A program made the translations under genes and the position numbers. DNA of 63,309 bases, filler included, from Licmophora abbreviata (taxonomy: Eukaryota): the NCBI GenBank assembly GCA_900291995.1. It is 9 parts of 9 records of this genome, joined end to end, with 100 filler letters (N's around TTAATTAATTAA, not from the genome) between each part and the next. Parts side by side here need not be neighbours in the genome. Positions count along the whole stretch, not along the records: positions 61,715 to 63,309 come from OLMU01000247.1; 8 more parts are not named here. The stretch is one strand, 5' to 3'. This document shows positions 61,716-63,309 of this stretch, piece after piece. The notes beneath the pieces were generated by a model. The model saw only the letters and a program-made list of their open reading frames with translations. It was not told the origin of the DNA and did not search any database. The stretch's first letter is position 1. Every line of letters begins with the position of its first letter.

Positions 61716-62306
61716 CGAGTCACTCGCGATCTGGAAATCGGATGCTATGTGAAGGTCGAGGCCGATCGTGGCGAAGATCTCGGAATTGTTATTGGGAAAA
61801 TGCCGTCGGAGAAGTTCAGCTCTCCAGGAAGGCCAAGCTTCCGTGAAAGTGGTGGCTCATCTCGAGAGACAGGGTCCCTTCCAGGAATGTCGGGCGCATC
61901 CGATCTCAAGCGAATCATCCGTCCCGCCACACATGACGAGGTTACTCTCCTGGCCGTCAAGAGACAGGAGGAAGAAGAGCTGCTCAATATTTGCCGCACG
62001 AAGGTACGCCAGCGTGCGCTGCCCATGCACGTGGTCGACGCGGAGTATCAGTTTGATCGTCACAAGTTAACCTTCTTCTTTGAGGCAGAAGGGCGCATCG
62101 ATTTTCGTGAGCTCGTACGCGACTTGTTCAGCATGTATAAGACTAGAATCTGGATGCAGCAGCTGGACAAGAGCTCCGTGGTGGCTCCGACGCCTATGTC
62201 GCAACAGCTACCGTCTCGCAACGGTGGCGAGTACGGCTTGAGTGCTCCCGACCACACTGTGGTCGAGCCGATGGGCAGGATGGGACCTCCAGGCATGCCC
62301 AACTGA
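61716..62306 (+). CDS. PSP1 C-terminal domain protein (YaaT/RicT-like), 5' partial
   Basis: VKVEADRGEDLG and LPMHVVDAEYQFDRHKLTFFFEAEGRIDFRELVRDLFSMYKTRIWM. Confidence 0.92.
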   Translation, partial: RVTRDLEIGCYVKVEADRGEDLGIVIGKMPSEKFSSPGRPSFRESGGSSRETGSLPGMSGASDLKRIIRPATHDEVTLLAVKRQEEEELLNICRTKVRQRALPMHVVDAEYQFDRHKLTFFFEAEGRIDFRELVRDLFSMYKTRIWMQQLDKSSVVAPTPMSQQLPSRNGGEYGLSAPDHTVVEPMGRMGPPGMPN

Positions 62307-62640
62307 TTCGGCGCATTGCTCGGGGTTGAAATAGAAATTATACAAAGCCGGCGATTCCGAGGGAGTTTCGTGCATGCGCGTGCATGTAACACTTTTTCAC
62401 GTGAGATTTGCGAGGGGACAACGAGCTCGGGTCTAAATTGTATTGATGTTTGTGTGTATGCGTGCAGCGCATGTAGTATGACGTGTCCAAGTTGATGAAA
62501 TACAGCTAGTGAGGTGGAGAGGCGACGTGGTGGCATCGGGTTTTGAACGACTTGAATAGATTCCGTTGCTCTACCGAAGCTCCACCAAGAGTAAATAAAC
62601 AACTAGAAATTTACAGTATACGCAACCAGTTTTGTACACT

Positions 62641-63309
62641 TTACTCATCGTATAGACCCATAAGTCGAGCCTTCTCGAGCAACAGCTTGAACTGAAGCAC
62701 AGTCGGCATGTCAATCATCCGTCCATTGAAGTCAAACGCTCCCTCCCCTTCACGCTGGTGATCAAGAAATGCATCGACGACAGCTGCCGCATAGGAAATC
62801 GCCTCAGTGGTCGGTGAATATGATTGTTGCACAGGCTCTATCTGAGACGGATGAATAACCTGCTTCCCACTGAACCCTTGCTGGAACGATCGAAGAGATT
62901 CTTTCACCAGCTGTTTCTCGTCACGAAAATCGATCTGCACAATATCAATGGACACAATCCCGTAGGCTGCTGCATGCATCAAACAATAGTTGCGAGCAAA
63001 TTCCAGCTCCTCCCCCGATTTAGTGCGCGATGCACCGACACTGGAAGCATAGTCATCGCCTCCAAAGATGACGGCATCCATTCGACTAGGACAAGCAGAA
63101 CAAATTTCCTTCATGCCGAGCATGGCACGAGGCGATTCAATCATGGAAACGATACGCACGTCATGCGCTACATCTCCCAATGCGTCGAGCTGGTCAGCCA
63201 CATGAAGAACATCCTTTGCCGATTCGACCTTGGGTACAACTATCCCATCCGGAAGCGTCGAATTCTTTAGAACTGCCTCCAAGTCACGCCTAGCAAGGTC
63301 CCCCGTTTC
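62641..63309 (-). CDS. CLYBL: Citrate lyase beta-like / citramalyl-CoA lyase (CitE/CLYBL, HpcH family), 5' partial
   Basis: VVPKVES, MIESP, IFGGDDY, GFSGKQVIHPSQI and GRMIDMP. The frame is open to the right edge. Confidence 0.92.
   Translation of the reverse strand, partial: ETGDLARRDLEAVLKNSTLPDGIVVPKVESAKDVLHVADQLDALGDVAHDVRIVSMIESPRAMLGMKEICSACPSRMDAVIFGGDDYASSVGASRTKSGEELEFARNYCLMHAAAYGIVSIDIVQIDFRDEKQLVKESLRSFQQGFSGKQVIHPSQIEPVQQSYSPTTEAISYAAAVVDAFLDHQREGEGAFDFNGRMIDMPTVLQFKLLLEKARLMGLYDE

Noticed and set aside
39701..63309. Bacterial contamination or recent HGT (clpP, hslU, PSP1/yaaT, citE)
   Set aside because: clpP and hslU carry spliceosomal introns, clpP has a presequence, and all four families have known eukaryotic members.

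Overview
This is compact, intron-containing eukaryotic nuclear DNA, almost certainly from a diatom and probably a pennate one. The evidence is short GT-AG introns (about 70-165 bp), a bipartite 'AFAP' plastid-targeting signal, and DUF6824 and other diatom-typical families. It is a draft scaffold: eight identical 100-bp spacers (44N-TTAATTAATTAA-44N) join nine contigs. At least four genes are broken by single-base homopolymer indels that look like sequencing errors. I reconstructed about 30 genes by hand: an annexin, a GPI-anchored surface protein, an FGGY sugar kinase, an MgtE-domain protein, an ANK-RING-ANK-2OG oxygenase, an MgtC fragment, a DUF6824 protein, an F-box/ankyrin protein, an EGY-like M50 protease, a ~3600-aa DOCK-family protein, a HIG1/Rcf2 protein, kynurenine aminotransferase, ClpP, DAG lipase, a carboxylesterase, a sulfotransferase, ATG11, NTAQ1, a repeat protein, a P4H fragment, HslU, a PSP1-domain protein, CitE/CLYBL and several hypotheticals. 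I found no rRNA, tRNA, CRISPR array or recognisable transposon, and no convincing multi-gene novel system. The best leads are: a recurring upstream element TGAGTCGAGTGAGTC; the RING+ankyrin+2OG-Fe(II) fusion; a giant DOCK with an apparently degenerate catalytic loop; a repeat protein built by duplicating an exon-intron unit; and a GC-AG intron. All family assignments are from motif recognition, not database searches.
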